Below are positions 17,337-26,999 of a stretch of 64,000 bases of DNA, piece by piece. Source of the DNA: a candidate division WOR-3 bacterium (GTDB lineage: Bacteria > Hydrothermota > Tepidihabitantia > Tepidihabitantales > JBDRVQ01); assembly GCA_039801905.1 (NCBI GenBank), contig JBDRVQ010000004.1, positions 2,332 to 66,331 on the forward strand. The letters are read 5' to 3'. Made by a program: the position numbers and the translations under genes. The notes beneath the pieces are model-generated. The model did no database searches and was not told where the DNA came from. It saw nothing but the letters and a program-made list of their open reading frames with translations. Numbering within the stretch: the stretch's first letter is position 1; every line of letters begins with the position of its first letter.

Positions 17337-18686
17337 ATGAAATCATTTTTGGCCGAGATTTTTACCGGTTTAGATATTGACTATGGTGATATCCGAGTTG
17401 AGGAGAGCGCGGTCTCAAGTATTGTCTTTCGGGGCAAGGAGTTGGACGAATGCCGGCAGAATTTTGAAAAGGGTGGCATCTTACGGCTTTTTAAGAATGG
17501 GAATTGGGTCTCTGCCAGTTTCAATCGGATTGATGAGGGCTTAAAAGAATTGGCGAAGAAGAAGGCAAAGGAGTTAGAACTCTTGCCGCCAAAACGGCTT
17601 TCGCTTTCCCTTCTTCCCAGAATTGAAATTTATGCGGAAAAGCAAAGGGAAGATTCTCTCCCCTTAACGGCAAAGGTAGAATTATTAAGGGGTTATAATG
17701 AGATTCTCCTTCGCTTTCCGGGAATTGTCTCTACTCTTTCTGGTTATGGCGAGCGGGATAAGAAGATTTATTTCTATTCTACGGAGGATAGATACATTGA
17801 AGAGGTAAGTAGATACTTTCGGATTTTTTTACAGGCGATTGCCCGGGATGGCACAAATATCCAGGACTATGCCGAATCTTTTGCCTCCCGAAGAGGGATT
17901 GCGGATTTACAAGGGAAGGAAGAGGTGGTGGAGAAGATTGCCAAGATGGCATTGGATTTATTGAAGGCGGAAAAGGTTGATGCCGGAGTCTATACCTGTG
18001 TCATTGACCCACGCCTGGCTGGAGTTTTTGCCCATGAGGCGTTCGGTCACCTTTCGGAAGCGGACTTTCTCTACACAAACGAAAGGCTGAAGGAGTTATT
18101 GAAGATTGGCACGACCTATGGGGTTTCGGAACTGGCAATTGTTGATGACCCAACGATAAAAGATGAGTGGGGGAGTTATCAATTTGATGATGAAGGGGTA
18201 GAAAGTAGAAGAACTTCTCTCATTCGGGAAGGGAAGATCTCTTCCCATCTCCATTCCAAAGAGACCGCCTCCGCAATGGGTGAGGATTTAACCGGGAATG
18301 CGAGGGCAGTTAGTTATCGCTTCCCACCGATTGTCCGGATGTCTAATACCTTTATTGAACCCCGGGATAAGAAATTGGAGGAGATGATTGGGGAGATTGA
18401 CAATGGGCTCTATGTGGCCGGGACCAGAGGCGGAACGACCGAATTGGAGTTTTTCACCTTCTCTTCCCAATTTGCTTATAAGATTGAGAAGGGAAAGAAG
18501 ACAAAGTTGGTACGCGATGTGATAATTCAGGGGAATATCTTTGAGACTTTAAGGAATATTGATATGATTGGCAATGATTTGATTTTCTGGCCCGGGGGTT
18601 GTGGTAAGGGGGGACAATCGCCTCTGCCCGTCGCGACCGGTGGTCCTCACATCCGGATTAAAAATTGTCTGATTGGAGGAAAATGA
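17337..18686 (+). CDS. TldD-family metalloprotease (second copy)
   Basis: 449 aa. AHEAFGHLSEADFLY HExxxH motif. Same layout as the 2369 gene. Confidence 0.75.
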   Translation: MKSFLAEIFTGLDIDYGDIRVEESAVSSIVFRGKELDECRQNFEKGGILRLFKNGNWVSASFNRIDEGLKELAKKKAKELELLPPKRLSLSLLPRIEIYAEKQREDSLPLTAKVELLRGYNEILLRFPGIVSTLSGYGERDKKIYFYSTEDRYIEEVSRYFRIFLQAIARDGTNIQDYAESFASRRGIADLQGKEEVVEKIAKMALDLLKAEKVDAGVYTCVIDPRLAGVFAHEAFGHLSEADFLYTNERLKELLKIGTTYGVSELAIVDDPTIKDEWGSYQFDDEGVESRRTSLIREGKISSHLHSKETASAMGEDLTGNARAVSYRFPPIVRMSNTFIEPRDKKLEEMIGEIDNGLYVAGTRGGTTELEFFTFSSQFAYKIEKGKKTKLVRDVIIQGNIFETLRNIDMIGNDLIFWPGGCGKGGQSPLPVATGGPHIRIKNCLIGGK

Positions 18687-19987
18687 TGGAAGAGGTTATT
18701 GAGAAATTGAAAGGAAAGGTTGAAGGTTTTGAGATCTTAAAAGACGAAACCTTAACCACCCTCTGTGAATTTCGGGGAGATGAGCCCTATTCCTTGGCGA
18801 CAAAAGAGGAGGAAGGTTTGGGTTTGAGGGTGATCAAGGATGGAAAGTTGGGTTTTGCCAGCACTACGGATGGAAGCCGAATTTCGGAACTGGTGGCATC
18901 CGCGATCCAGACTGCCAATTACGGAGAGAAGGTGAATTTTACTTTTCCGAAGGAAGTTCCTCCGGGAAAGTGCCGACTGGTTAACGAGAAAGTTAAGAAG
19001 ATCTCTTCGGAACAAATCTTCTCTTTGGGAAGGGAGATTATCGCCGAGACGAAAACACGATTTCCCCAATTTAAGATTGACTTAAACTTACACCATACTA
19101 TCTTCCGGCGCCGACTTGTCAACTCCTCCGGATTTATTGGGGAATACGAAAGGGTCTTTTACTCCCTTTCTTTTAGCGGGTTGATTGTGGCAGACGATGG
19201 TTTGATTTGGATTTATGACTATAAGAATCTCTCTTCGGGCGAACCTTTCTCCCTTTCCGAGTTTGTTGATCAGCAGGTCTTTTTAGCCCAGAATTCTTTG
19301 AAGAAGGGGCGCTTAGCGACCAAGACCTATCCGGTAATCTTTGCCCCTTCTTATGGTCTGGTACAATTCTTTTTGCCACTTTTGGTGGGGGTGAACGGGA
19401 AGAATTTTCAGAAGAGGATCACACCCCTCTTGGGTCAGGAAGGGAAAGAGATCGCTTCCCCTTTGCTTTCGGTTTATGATGATGGTCTTTTGGATTACGC
19501 TTCTGGCTCTGCCCCTTTTGATGGGGAAGGGATAGCCAAAAGACAGACGCCTTTAATAGAAAAAGGGGTTTTTAAGAATTTCCTTTTTGACTTGAAGACC
19601 GCTCACCACTCGGGTCGGCAAAGCACCGGGAATGGGGAACGCCATTATAGTAGCGAACCCAACCCCGGTTTGAATAATCTCTTCGTGGCGCCGGGAAAAG
19701 ACGAACTTTCCGAGGCGTTGCGGGAAGTTCAGGAAGGGCTTCTCGTTTATGAGGTAGTAGGGGGAGGGCAGTCAAATCTCCGGGCGGGGGATTTCTCTTT
19801 TAGTGTCGGTTTGGGCTTTAAGATTGAAGATGGGGAGATTAAAGGACGGGTGAAGGATTGTATGCTCGCCGGTAATTTTTATGAGGCACTAAGGAGGATC
19901 TCCCGAGTCGGGAAGGATTTGAAGGATCTGGGCAATTTCTATCTTCCCTTTATCAAATTGGAAGATATGAAAGTGACTACCAAATAA
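18683..19987 (+). CDS. TldE/PmbA-family protein (second copy)
   Basis: The ATG at 18683 overlaps the upstream stop (ATGA), and GGAGGA lies upstream. The ORF opens at a TTG at 18665. Sequence is PmbA-like. Confidence 0.7.
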   Translation: MMEEVIEKLKGKVEGFEILKDETLTTLCEFRGDEPYSLATKEEEGLGLRVIKDGKLGFASTTDGSRISELVASAIQTANYGEKVNFTFPKEVPPGKCRLVNEKVKKISSEQIFSLGREIIAETKTRFPQFKIDLNLHHTIFRRRLVNSSGFIGEYERVFYSLSFSGLIVADDGLIWIYDYKNLSSGEPFSLSEFVDQQVFLAQNSLKKGRLATKTYPVIFAPSYGLVQFFLPLLVGVNGKNFQKRITPLLGQEGKEIASPLLSVYDDGLLDYASGSAPFDGEGIAKRQTPLIEKGVFKNFLFDLKTAHHSGRQSTGNGERHYSSEPNPGLNNLFVAPGKDELSEALREVQEGLLVYEVVGGGQSNLRAGDFSFSVGLGFKIEDGEIKGRVKDCMLAGNFYEALRRISRVGKDLKDLGNFYLPFIKLEDMKVTTK

Positions 19988-20000
19988 ATTTGGAGGATTT

Positions 20001-22403
20001 ATGGATTTAGACCGTTATCGGATAGCACCGGAAAGATTAAGAATTAATGTTGACCCAAAAATTTTAGGTTTTGGGACCACGGAAGAGATTCCTTTCTGTG
20101 AGGAGATTGTTGGTCAGGACCGGGCGGTGGCGGCATTGCGGATGGGATTAGAGATTGAGAGTATCGGTTATAATATCTACGTCACGGGACCGGTTGGTAC
20201 CGGAAGGACAACGACGGTGAAGTGTCTCTTAGCGGAGGCGGAAAAGGGGAAGAAGGTTCCGGATGATAAGTTGTATGTGAATAATTTCAAGGATCCGGAT
20301 TCCCCAAGATTGATTCGGTTGCCCGCGGGAAAGGGTAAGGAGTTTAAGAAGGATATGGAGGATTTTATTGAGCATCTGCAGAAGAACATCCCCTTGGTCT
20401 TTGAAGGCGAATCTTATCAGAAGAGGCGAAATCGGTTAGTTGAGAGTTTTAAGGAGTGGAGTTCTAAAAAGACGATGGATTTTGAAAAGAAATTGGAGAA
20501 GGAGGGTTTTGCAATTGTGCAGCCCACACCCTTTGTCCGGCCGGAGATTGTCTATAAGTTGGGCGAGAGTTTAGTGAAGATTACCGATCTGATTTATGCG
20601 GTGGAAGAAGGGAAAATAAGTCAAGAAGAATACGAAAGGATTAGAGGGCGGTATCAGGAATTGGTGGAGGAGTTGAACAATATCTTTAAGGAGTTGCGGG
20701 ATAAGGAGAAAGAGACGAGGGAGAAGTTAGCCAATATGGACCGGGAAGAGGTGAAACCTTTACTTTTAGACCACATCCAGGAAATGAAAGAGAAATACAA
20801 AAACGAAAAGATTTCTCTCTATTTAGATGAGGTTTACGAATCAATCCTTAATAATCTCTCCCTCTTTCGGGAGAAGAAGGAGGAGGTTCCTTCCGTTGAC
20901 CCATTTTTGGAATACCGGGTTAATTTATTGGTTGATAATTCCGAAGAGAAAAATGCCCCGGTCATTTTTGAGACTTCCCCTACTTACAAGAATCTCTTCG
21001 GGGTAATTGAAAGGGTTTGGGATGCCCGGGGGCAATGGCGTACCGATTTCACTAAGATTAAGGCGGGTTCTTTGGTTAAAGCCGATGGTGGATTTTTGGT
21101 CCTCAATGCCTTAGATACTTTAATTGAACCTGGGGTCTGGAATACCTTAAAACGGACTTTAAGAAACCGGAAGGTGGAGATTCAGAACTACGACTTGTAT
21201 TCTCTATTTTACTATTCCGCCCTGAAACCGGAGCCGATTGATATTGATGTGAAGGTGATTATGATTGGTGACCCAATATTATACTCCCTTTTAGCCACCT
21301 ACGATGAGGACTTCAAGAAGGTTTTTAAAATCCGGGCGGATTTTGATTGGCAGATGCCTTTTGACGAGAAGATGGCAAAGGAATACGCCAAGGTGATAAA
21401 GGCAATTATTGTCAAGGAAGGACTCTTACCTTTTGACAATACCGGGGTTAGCGAGATAATGAATTTCGGCATCCGTTTGGCCGGAAGGAAGAATAAAATT
21501 TCTGCCCGTTTTAATGTCATCGCTGATCTCTTAAAGGAGGCATCCTACTGGGCAAAGAAGGGGGGGAAGGATAAGGTTTCAGCCGAAGATGTGAAAAAGG
21601 CGATTGAACAACGACAATTCCGTTCCCGGTTGATTGAAGAGAAGATTCAAGAGATGATTGATGAGGGGACTTTACTGATTGATACCGAAGGGAAAGTTAT
21701 CGGTCAGGTTAATGGGCTTTCCATTTATGATACCGGGGAATATGCCTTCGGTCGGCCCACCCGCATCACCGCCCGCACCGCGGTGGGCAGTCAGGGGATA
21801 ATTGATATTGAGCGGGAGGCAGAACTATCAGGTAAGATTCATAGTAAAGGGGTTTTAATCCTTTCGGGCTATTTAAGATACAAATACGCTCAGGACCATC
21901 CCTTAATTATTAGTGCCAGTATCTGCTTTGAACAGTCCTATTCCGGGGTGGAAGGTGACTCGGCTTCTTCGGCGGAACTGTGTTGTCTCCTTTCTGCCTT
22001 GTCAGGACTTCCTCTCCGTCAGGACCTCGCCATTACCGGTTCGGTGAATCAGAAGGGTGAGATTCAACCAATCGGTGGGGTGAATGAGAAGATCGAAGGT
22101 TTCTTTGAGGTCTGCAAGAAGAGAGGATTGAAGGGGACGGAAGGGGTGATCATTCCGGAAAGGAATATTGAGGATCTGATGTTAAAGGATGAGGTGATTT
22201 CTGCCTGTCGGGAAGGGAAGTTTCATATTTATGCGGTAAAGACGATTGACGAGGCGATTGAGATCTTGACCGGAGTGCCGGCGGGAGAGAAGGACGAAAA
22301 GGGAAATTATCCCGAAGGGACGGTTAATTACTTAGTAGCAAAGAAGTTGAGGGAATACGCCTTAAAATATAAGGAATTTATCGGGGAAGAGAAGCCGGTC
22401 TAA
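20001..22403 (+). CDS. Lon-like ATP-dependent protease (LonB/COG1067 type): AAA+ domain followed by an S16 proteolytic domain
   Basis: Walker A GPVGTGRTT. C-terminal S16 domain (...EGDSASSAELCCLLSALSGLPLRQDLAITGSVNQKGEIQPIGGV...). GGAGGA lies upstream. Confidence 0.75.
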   Translation: MDLDRYRIAPERLRINVDPKILGFGTTEEIPFCEEIVGQDRAVAALRMGLEIESIGYNIYVTGPVGTGRTTTVKCLLAEAEKGKKVPDDKLYVNNFKDPDSPRLIRLPAGKGKEFKKDMEDFIEHLQKNIPLVFEGESYQKRRNRLVESFKEWSSKKTMDFEKKLEKEGFAIVQPTPFVRPEIVYKLGESLVKITDLIYAVEEGKISQEEYERIRGRYQELVEELNNIFKELRDKEKETREKLANMDREEVKPLLLDHIQEMKEKYKNEKISLYLDEVYESILNNLSLFREKKEEVPSVDPFLEYRVNLLVDNSEEKNAPVIFETSPTYKNLFGVIERVWDARGQWRTDFTKIKAGSLVKADGGFLVLNALDTLIEPGVWNTLKRTLRNRKVEIQNYDLYSLFYYSALKPEPIDIDVKVIMIGDPILYSLLATYDEDFKKVFKIRADFDWQMPFDEKMAKEYAKVIKAIIVKEGLLPFDNTGVSEIMNFGIRLAGRKNKISARFNVIADLLKEASYWAKKGGKDKVSAEDVKKAIEQRQFRSRLIEEKIQEMIDEGTLLIDTEGKVIGQVNGLSIYDTGEYAFGRPTRITARTAVGSQGIIDIEREAELSGKIHSKGVLILSGYLRYKYAQDHPLIISASICFEQSYSGVEGDSASSAELCCLLSALSGLPLRQDLAITGSVNQKGEIQPIGGVNEKIEGFFEVCKKRGLKGTEGVIIPERNIEDLMLKDEVISACREGKFHIYAVKTIDEAIEILTGVPAGEKDEKGNYPEGTVNYLVAKKLREYALKYKEFIGEEKPV

Positions 22404-22404
22404 T

Positions 22405-25400
22405 TTATCTTTTGAGGTAGAAGTTAAAAGGGATGGAAACCCAAACCCGAACGGGAATATCCTTTTGCCGGGCGGGACTAAATTTTGCCTGCCGAGCGGC
22501 AACTAATGCCGCCTCATCCAAGGCATCGTTACCCGAAGATTTTAAGATTTGGGCATCAATCACTGAGCCATCAACCTCAACTAATACCTTAACAATTGTC
22601 TGTCCTTCAATCCTTGCCCGGCGAGCCATCTCCGGATATTCGGGTTTGGGAATAGAAATGGGGTTCGGTTTTATCTCCACTTTGGCATAAGGGACAATCT
22701 GGGGTGTGGTCTCTTCTTTTGGGGGAGGGGTTGTCTCAACCGGTGGTTGGGAAACGACCGTTTCCGGTTTTGGTTTTACCGCTGGAATTGTCTCGGTTCT
22801 TCGGGCTAAGGTTTCCGCTCTTGGTCTTTGGGCAAGAGTTTCCGGTTTGATCCTCTCTTCTGGAGGAGTTAATGTCTCTTGGGGAACGAGAGTGGCTTGG
22901 GTTGTACTCTCTGGTTTAGTCGCCGCATAAGATATCTTCTTGGGTTTCGGTCGGGAGGAGAGAGCCAGAAAGAGGGATAATGCCAATACTAAAACTATCC
23001 CTACGCCAATTAAAGCGGTTTTCGGAATTTTTGGCAGTTTCTTTATCTTAGGATAAGCAACTTTTACCTTTTCTTCTTTCACCGGGATTAACTCTTTCCC
23101 TTTACTCAAGATGACTTTTACAACTTCGCCTTCTTTTAAGGTCTCACCAGGCAGGGGGGATTGTTGAATGATAGAATCTTTGGCATAAGTTTCAGAATAC
23201 TCTTCCCCTTCAATAAGCAGTTTAAGGTTCAGGTCCCAAATAATTTTTTCGGCTTCCTTTCTCTTTTTCCCCAATAATGACGGGACAACAATTATCTTTC
23301 TCTCAATCGGTTTTTTTCCTTTACTCAAAATTACCCGAATCGTGCTTCCCTCGGGTAATTCTTCACCCGGGTCTGGGGTTTGACTCAAAATGCAATCTTT
23401 GGGAATTTTCTCGGAGAAGTCCTCCCATTCTATAACCAACTTTAATCCGAGTTTACTTAGTTCTTTTTCCGCCTCGGAAATTGTCTTACCGATGAGGTTG
23501 GGAGATCGGACCGGCTCTTTGCCTTTACTTAATACCACCCGGATCAAGCCCTCAGTCACTACTGCTTCGGGTTCGGGTGACTGCTTGACGATTCTCCCTT
23601 TCGGAATAACGTTATGATATTCCCAAGATTCAGTAACTAACTTTAAGCCTAAATTAGAAACAATCTTTTCCGCCTCGGATAGGGTCTTGTCAATCAGGAC
23701 TGGGGCTTTAAGTGGTCTTTTCCCTTTGCTGATGACGACCTTTACTTCTTCTCCTAATTTCAATTTCGCTCCCGCGGCTGGAGTTTGGCTCATCACTACC
23801 CCGGGAGGCAATTCTGAGAATTCTTCCCCCTCTATTTTAATTTTTAGTCCCAAGGAGGATAGAATCTTTTCTGCCGATTTTTTCTCTTCGTTGATTAAAA
23901 GGGGAACTCTCACCAACTCCGGTCCTTTACTCTCAATGATTTTGAGAATATCACCTTCTTTCAATTCGGCACCGGCTTCGGGGATCTGCTTAAAGATTAT
24001 TCCGGCCGGAAATTCATTGGCGTACTCTTCTTCTATGATTAACCTTAAATTGAGGTCGGCGATAATTTTTTCTGCCTCTTCCTTCTTCTTTCCGATAAGG
24101 GGAGGGACTTTAATAATTTTCACCACCGCTGGTTTCTTGCCTTTACTGAGCACCACTTCCACCACCCCTCCCGCTTTTAAGTTTTTGCCGGACGGTGGAT
24201 TCTGGTCTACGACGGCATTAGCCGGGATATTTTCCGAGAAATCTTCCCTTTCAATTTTTATTTTAAGTCCGAGGCTATTAAGGGTTCTTTCTGCTTCTTT
24301 TAATTCCTTACCGATGAGGTTGGGGACGGCAATTAGTTTTTCCCCTTTACTTAAAATCACTTTTACTGTTTCTCCCTTTCTTAGAGATTCGTTTGGAGAT
24401 GGGGATTGGCGGAGGATTCTTCCCAGGGGGATATCTGGGGAATAATCTTCTCCGGCTACGACCAGTTTCAGTCCTAAGGGGTAGAGGATTTTTATCGCCT
24501 CGCCTTCGGTCTTTTCGGTCAGGTCGGGGACTTTAATGAGGGGGAGACCCTTGCTTAGGGTCACCTTTACACTTTCTCCCTCTTTCAATTGGGTTTCGGC
24601 AGGGGGCGATTGTTTTAGGACGCATCCCTCTTCAATGGTTTCGGAATAGTCTTGATTTTCAACCAGTAATTTTAAGCCCAAATTCTGAAGGAGGCTTTCC
24701 GCTTCCTCCTTTTTCCTGCGGACTAATGATGGGACCTTGACGACTTTCACGACAGGTGGTTTCTTCCCCTTACTCAAAATGACCTTCACCGCCTCCCCGG
24801 ATTTCACTTCCGTCCCCCCGGCTGGCTTCTGGTTAATGATACTATTGGCGGGAACTGTCTCCGAGAAATCTTCCCTTTCAATTTTTATTTTGAGTCCGAG
24901 GCTATTAAGGGTTCTTTCTGCTTCTTTTAATTCCTTACCGATGAGGTTGGGGACGGCAATTAGTTTTTCCCCTTTACTTAAAATCACTTTTACTGTTTCT
25001 CCCTTTCTTAGAGATTCGTTTGGAGATGGGGATTGGCGGAGGATTCTTCCCAGGGGGATATCTGGGGAATAATCTTCTCCGGCTACGACCAGTTTCAGTC
25101 CCAAGGGGTAGAGGATTTTTATCGCCTCGCCTTCGGTCTTTTCGGTCAGGTCGGGGACTTTAATGAGGGGGAGACCCTTGCTCAATATTATCTTTATCGT
25201 TTCCCCTTCTCTCAATTGGGTATTAGGCGCGGGAGTCTGTTTTAAGACCATACCCTCCGGTATCTCTTCGGAATATTCCTCACCTTCAAAGATGATTGTC
25301 AATTTATTTCTTTTTGCTTCCGCTTCCGCTTCCGCTTTTCTTTTGCCGACCAGATTGGGACAAAAGACTAATCTTTTTCCTTTACTTAAAATAACCTTTA

Positions 25401-26877
25401 CACTTTCTCCTTCTTTCAATTGGGTGTTAGGTTCGGGCGACTGTTTTATGATAGAGCCTTCGGGGATGGTTTCGGAATAATCTTCTTTTTCGATCATTAA
25501 TTTCAGGCCCAAGTTAGTTAAGGTCAATTCCGCTTCCTTTTTTGCTTTGCCCACCAGAGGAGGGACCTTAACGATTTTGACGAGCGGAGGTCTCTTTCCT
25601 TTGCTGAGAATAACTTTAATCACCTCCCCGAATTTCACTTCCGTACCCACGGCTGGCTTCTGACTGATGATACTATTGGCGGGAACTGTATCTGAGAAAT
25701 CTTCCCCTTCAATCTTCAGTTTTAAACCCAGAGGAGCAAGGAGTCTCTCCGCTTCCTCTTTCCCCTTACCGATAAGGAGGGGCACGGGGATTGGTTTTAA
25801 CGCCTTCCCTTTGCTGACGATTATCTTTACCGCTTCCCCTTCTCCCATCAATGTCCCGGGTTCCGGGGTTTGGTAGAGGATTAAACCTTCGGGGGTGATT
25901 TCTGAGGATTCCTCCCCTTCCAGAAGGATATTTAATTTCTGGGCATTGGCGATCGCTTCCGCTTCCTTTTTCGTTTTTCCAACCAAGGCTGGGCAGGGAA
26001 TGGTTTTTACCTTTTCCACGATCGGTATCTTTTCCTCGGGGGGTTGGGTTAAGGCGGCGAGAAATTCTTCGCAGGTCTGGAAGCGTTCGTTGGGCTTTTT
26101 GGCTAATGCCTTTTCCACTATCTTTTCCCAGGCGAGAGGGATTTTGGGATTTTTCTCCCTAATTTTCGGGGGTGGGGAGAAGAGGTGCTGCTCTTCTACC
26201 GAAGAGGTCTCGGTCCTCTTGAAAGGTACTTCCCCGGTAGCCATTTCGTAAAGGGTAATTCCCAAAGAATAGATGTCGGAGGATTTATTTAGCGGTTTAT
26301 TTAATATCTGCTCCGGGGACATATAAGGGGTAGTGCCCACCCGAATTTCTGAGGCGAGACCCACTCTTTCCCCACTAATAATCCGGGCGATGCCAAAATC
26401 GGTGACCTTAACCTCCCCCGTGGAGGTGAAGAGGATATTGGATGGTTTTAAGTCAAGATGGAGAACGCCCAGGTTGTGGGCATAACCAACCGCTTCTAAG
26501 ACTTGGCGAAAGATAGAAAGAATCTGCTCTTCGGGTAGCGGTCCTTTTTTAATCAAATCGCTTAGCGTTCTTATTCTTTGCCCATCGGGAAGCGTCATCC
26601 CTTCCAGGTATTCCATTACGATATAATAGACTCCTTCCTCCTGGAAGAAATTATGGATGAGGACGATATGGGGATGTTTTAATTTTGCTTGGGTTTCCGC
26701 TTCTTTGAAGAAACGTTCCTTAAATTTTGGTTCTTTGGTTAAGAAGGTGTGGAGGGTCTTTAAGGCAACCGGTTGTTCTAAGACGCGGTGGATCGCTTTG
26801 TAAACGGTGCCAAAACCACCCTCACCGATTTCTTCAACGATTTTATAATAACCAAAGCCCACAATCCTTTCCGCCAT
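22405..26877 (-). CDS. Ser/Thr protein kinase fused to 14 PASTA repeats, one transmembrane helix, a Pro/Thr-rich spacer and a TonB C-terminal domain
   Basis: Kinase subdomains (GEGGFGTVYKA, HLDLKPSNILF, DFGIA, TTPYMSPE). Fourteen ~70-aa units each ending VILSKG. TM TALIGVGIVLVLALSLFLALSS. P/T/E-rich linker. C-terminal PKPEYPEMARRARIEGQTIVKVLVEVDGSV...SSGNDALDEAALVAARQAKFSPA...PVRVWVSIPFNF matches the TonB_C consensus. Confidence 0.8.
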   Translation of the reverse strand: MAERIVGFGYYKIVEEIGEGGFGTVYKAIHRVLEQPVALKTLHTFLTKEPKFKERFFKEAETQAKLKHPHIVLIHNFFQEEGVYYIVMEYLEGMTLPDGQRIRTLSDLIKKGPLPEEQILSIFRQVLEAVGYAHNLGVLHLDLKPSNILFTSTGEVKVTDFGIARIISGERVGLASEIRVGTTPYMSPEQILNKPLNKSSDIYSLGITLYEMATGEVPFKRTETSSVEEQHLFSPPPKIREKNPKIPLAWEKIVEKALAKKPNERFQTCEEFLAALTQPPEEKIPIVEKVKTIPCPALVGKTKKEAEAIANAQKLNILLEGEESSEITPEGLILYQTPEPGTLMGEGEAVKIIVSKGKALKPIPVPLLIGKGKEEAERLLAPLGLKLKIEGEDFSDTVPANSIISQKPAVGTEVKFGEVIKVILSKGKRPPLVKIVKVPPLVGKAKKEAELTLTNLGLKLMIEKEDYSETIPEGSIIKQSPEPNTQLKEGESVKVILSKGKRLVFCPNLVGKRKAEAEAEAKRNKLTIIFEGEEYSEEIPEGMVLKQTPAPNTQLREGETIKIILSKGLPLIKVPDLTEKTEGEAIKILYPLGLKLVVAGEDYSPDIPLGRILRQSPSPNESLRKGETVKVILSKGEKLIAVPNLIGKELKEAERTLNSLGLKIKIEREDFSETVPANSIINQKPAGGTEVKSGEAVKVILSKGKKPPVVKVVKVPSLVRRKKEEAESLLQNLGLKLLVENQDYSETIEEGCVLKQSPPAETQLKEGESVKVTLSKGLPLIKVPDLTEKTEGEAIKILYPLGLKLVVAGEDYSPDIPLGRILRQSPSPNESLRKGETVKVILSKGEKLIAVPNLIGKELKEAERTLNSLGLKIKIEREDFSENIPANAVVDQNPPSGKNLKAGGVVEVVLSKGKKPAVVKIIKVPPLIGKKKEEAEKIIADLNLRLIIEEEYANEFPAGIIFKQIPEAGAELKEGDILKIIESKGPELVRVPLLINEEKKSAEKILSSLGLKIKIEGEEFSELPPGVVMSQTPAAGAKLKLGEEVKVVISKGKRPLKAPVLIDKTLSEAEKIVSNLGLKLVTESWEYHNVIPKGRIVKQSPEPEAVVTEGLIRVVLSKGKEPVRSPNLIGKTISEAEKELSKLGLKLVIEWEDFSEKIPKDCILSQTPDPGEELPEGSTIRVILSKGKKPIERKIIVVPSLLGKKRKEAEKIIWDLNLKLLIEGEEYSETYAKDSIIQQSPLPGETLKEGEVVKVILSKGKELIPVKEEKVKVAYPKIKKLPKIPKTALIGVGIVLVLALSLFLALSSRPKPKKISYAATKPESTTQATLVPQETLTPPEERIKPETLAQRPRAETLARRTETIPAVKPKPETVVSQPPVETTPPPKEETTPQIVPYAKVEIKPNPISIPKPEYPEMARRARIEGQTIVKVLVEVDGSVIDAQILKSSGNDALDEAALVAARQAKFSPARQKDIPVRVWVSIPFNFYLKR
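24232..25197. repeat. Near-identical tandem direct repeat (period 627 bp, ~335 bp nearly identical) inside the kinase gene, duplicating three PASTA units
   Basis: Sequence 24232-24570 matches 24859-25197 with only 2-3 mismatches. The antisense ORFs 23687-24445 and 24737-25072 end in an identical 70 aa. Confidence 0.8.
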
Positions 26878-26999
26878 AATCTTATCCTACGGAAAGAGTA
26901 GTGAAAAAATTAAAAATGTCAACTATAATTTTCTTTTAATATATTATAATATGAAAAGGGTAAAAATGAAAGTGAAAGAGAAAAAGAGCGGGATAGGGC

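Noticed and set aside
17168-17380. 70-aa ORF spanning the end of element A and the start of the TldD-like gene
   Set aside because: It crosses the promoter and the conserved repeat boxes, and runs in a frame inconsistent with the leaderless start at 17337. The corresponding ORF in copy B is on the opposite strand, so no conserved peptide exists.
23687-25480. A series of plus-strand ORFs (252, 111, 105 aa and others) antisense to the kinase/PASTA gene
   Set aside because: They are mirror images of the repetitive PASTA-coding DNA. Identical C-terminal 70-aa stretches in two of them simply reflect the 627-bp tandem duplication. They have no ribosome-binding sites and sit entirely inside a well-supported minus-strand gene.
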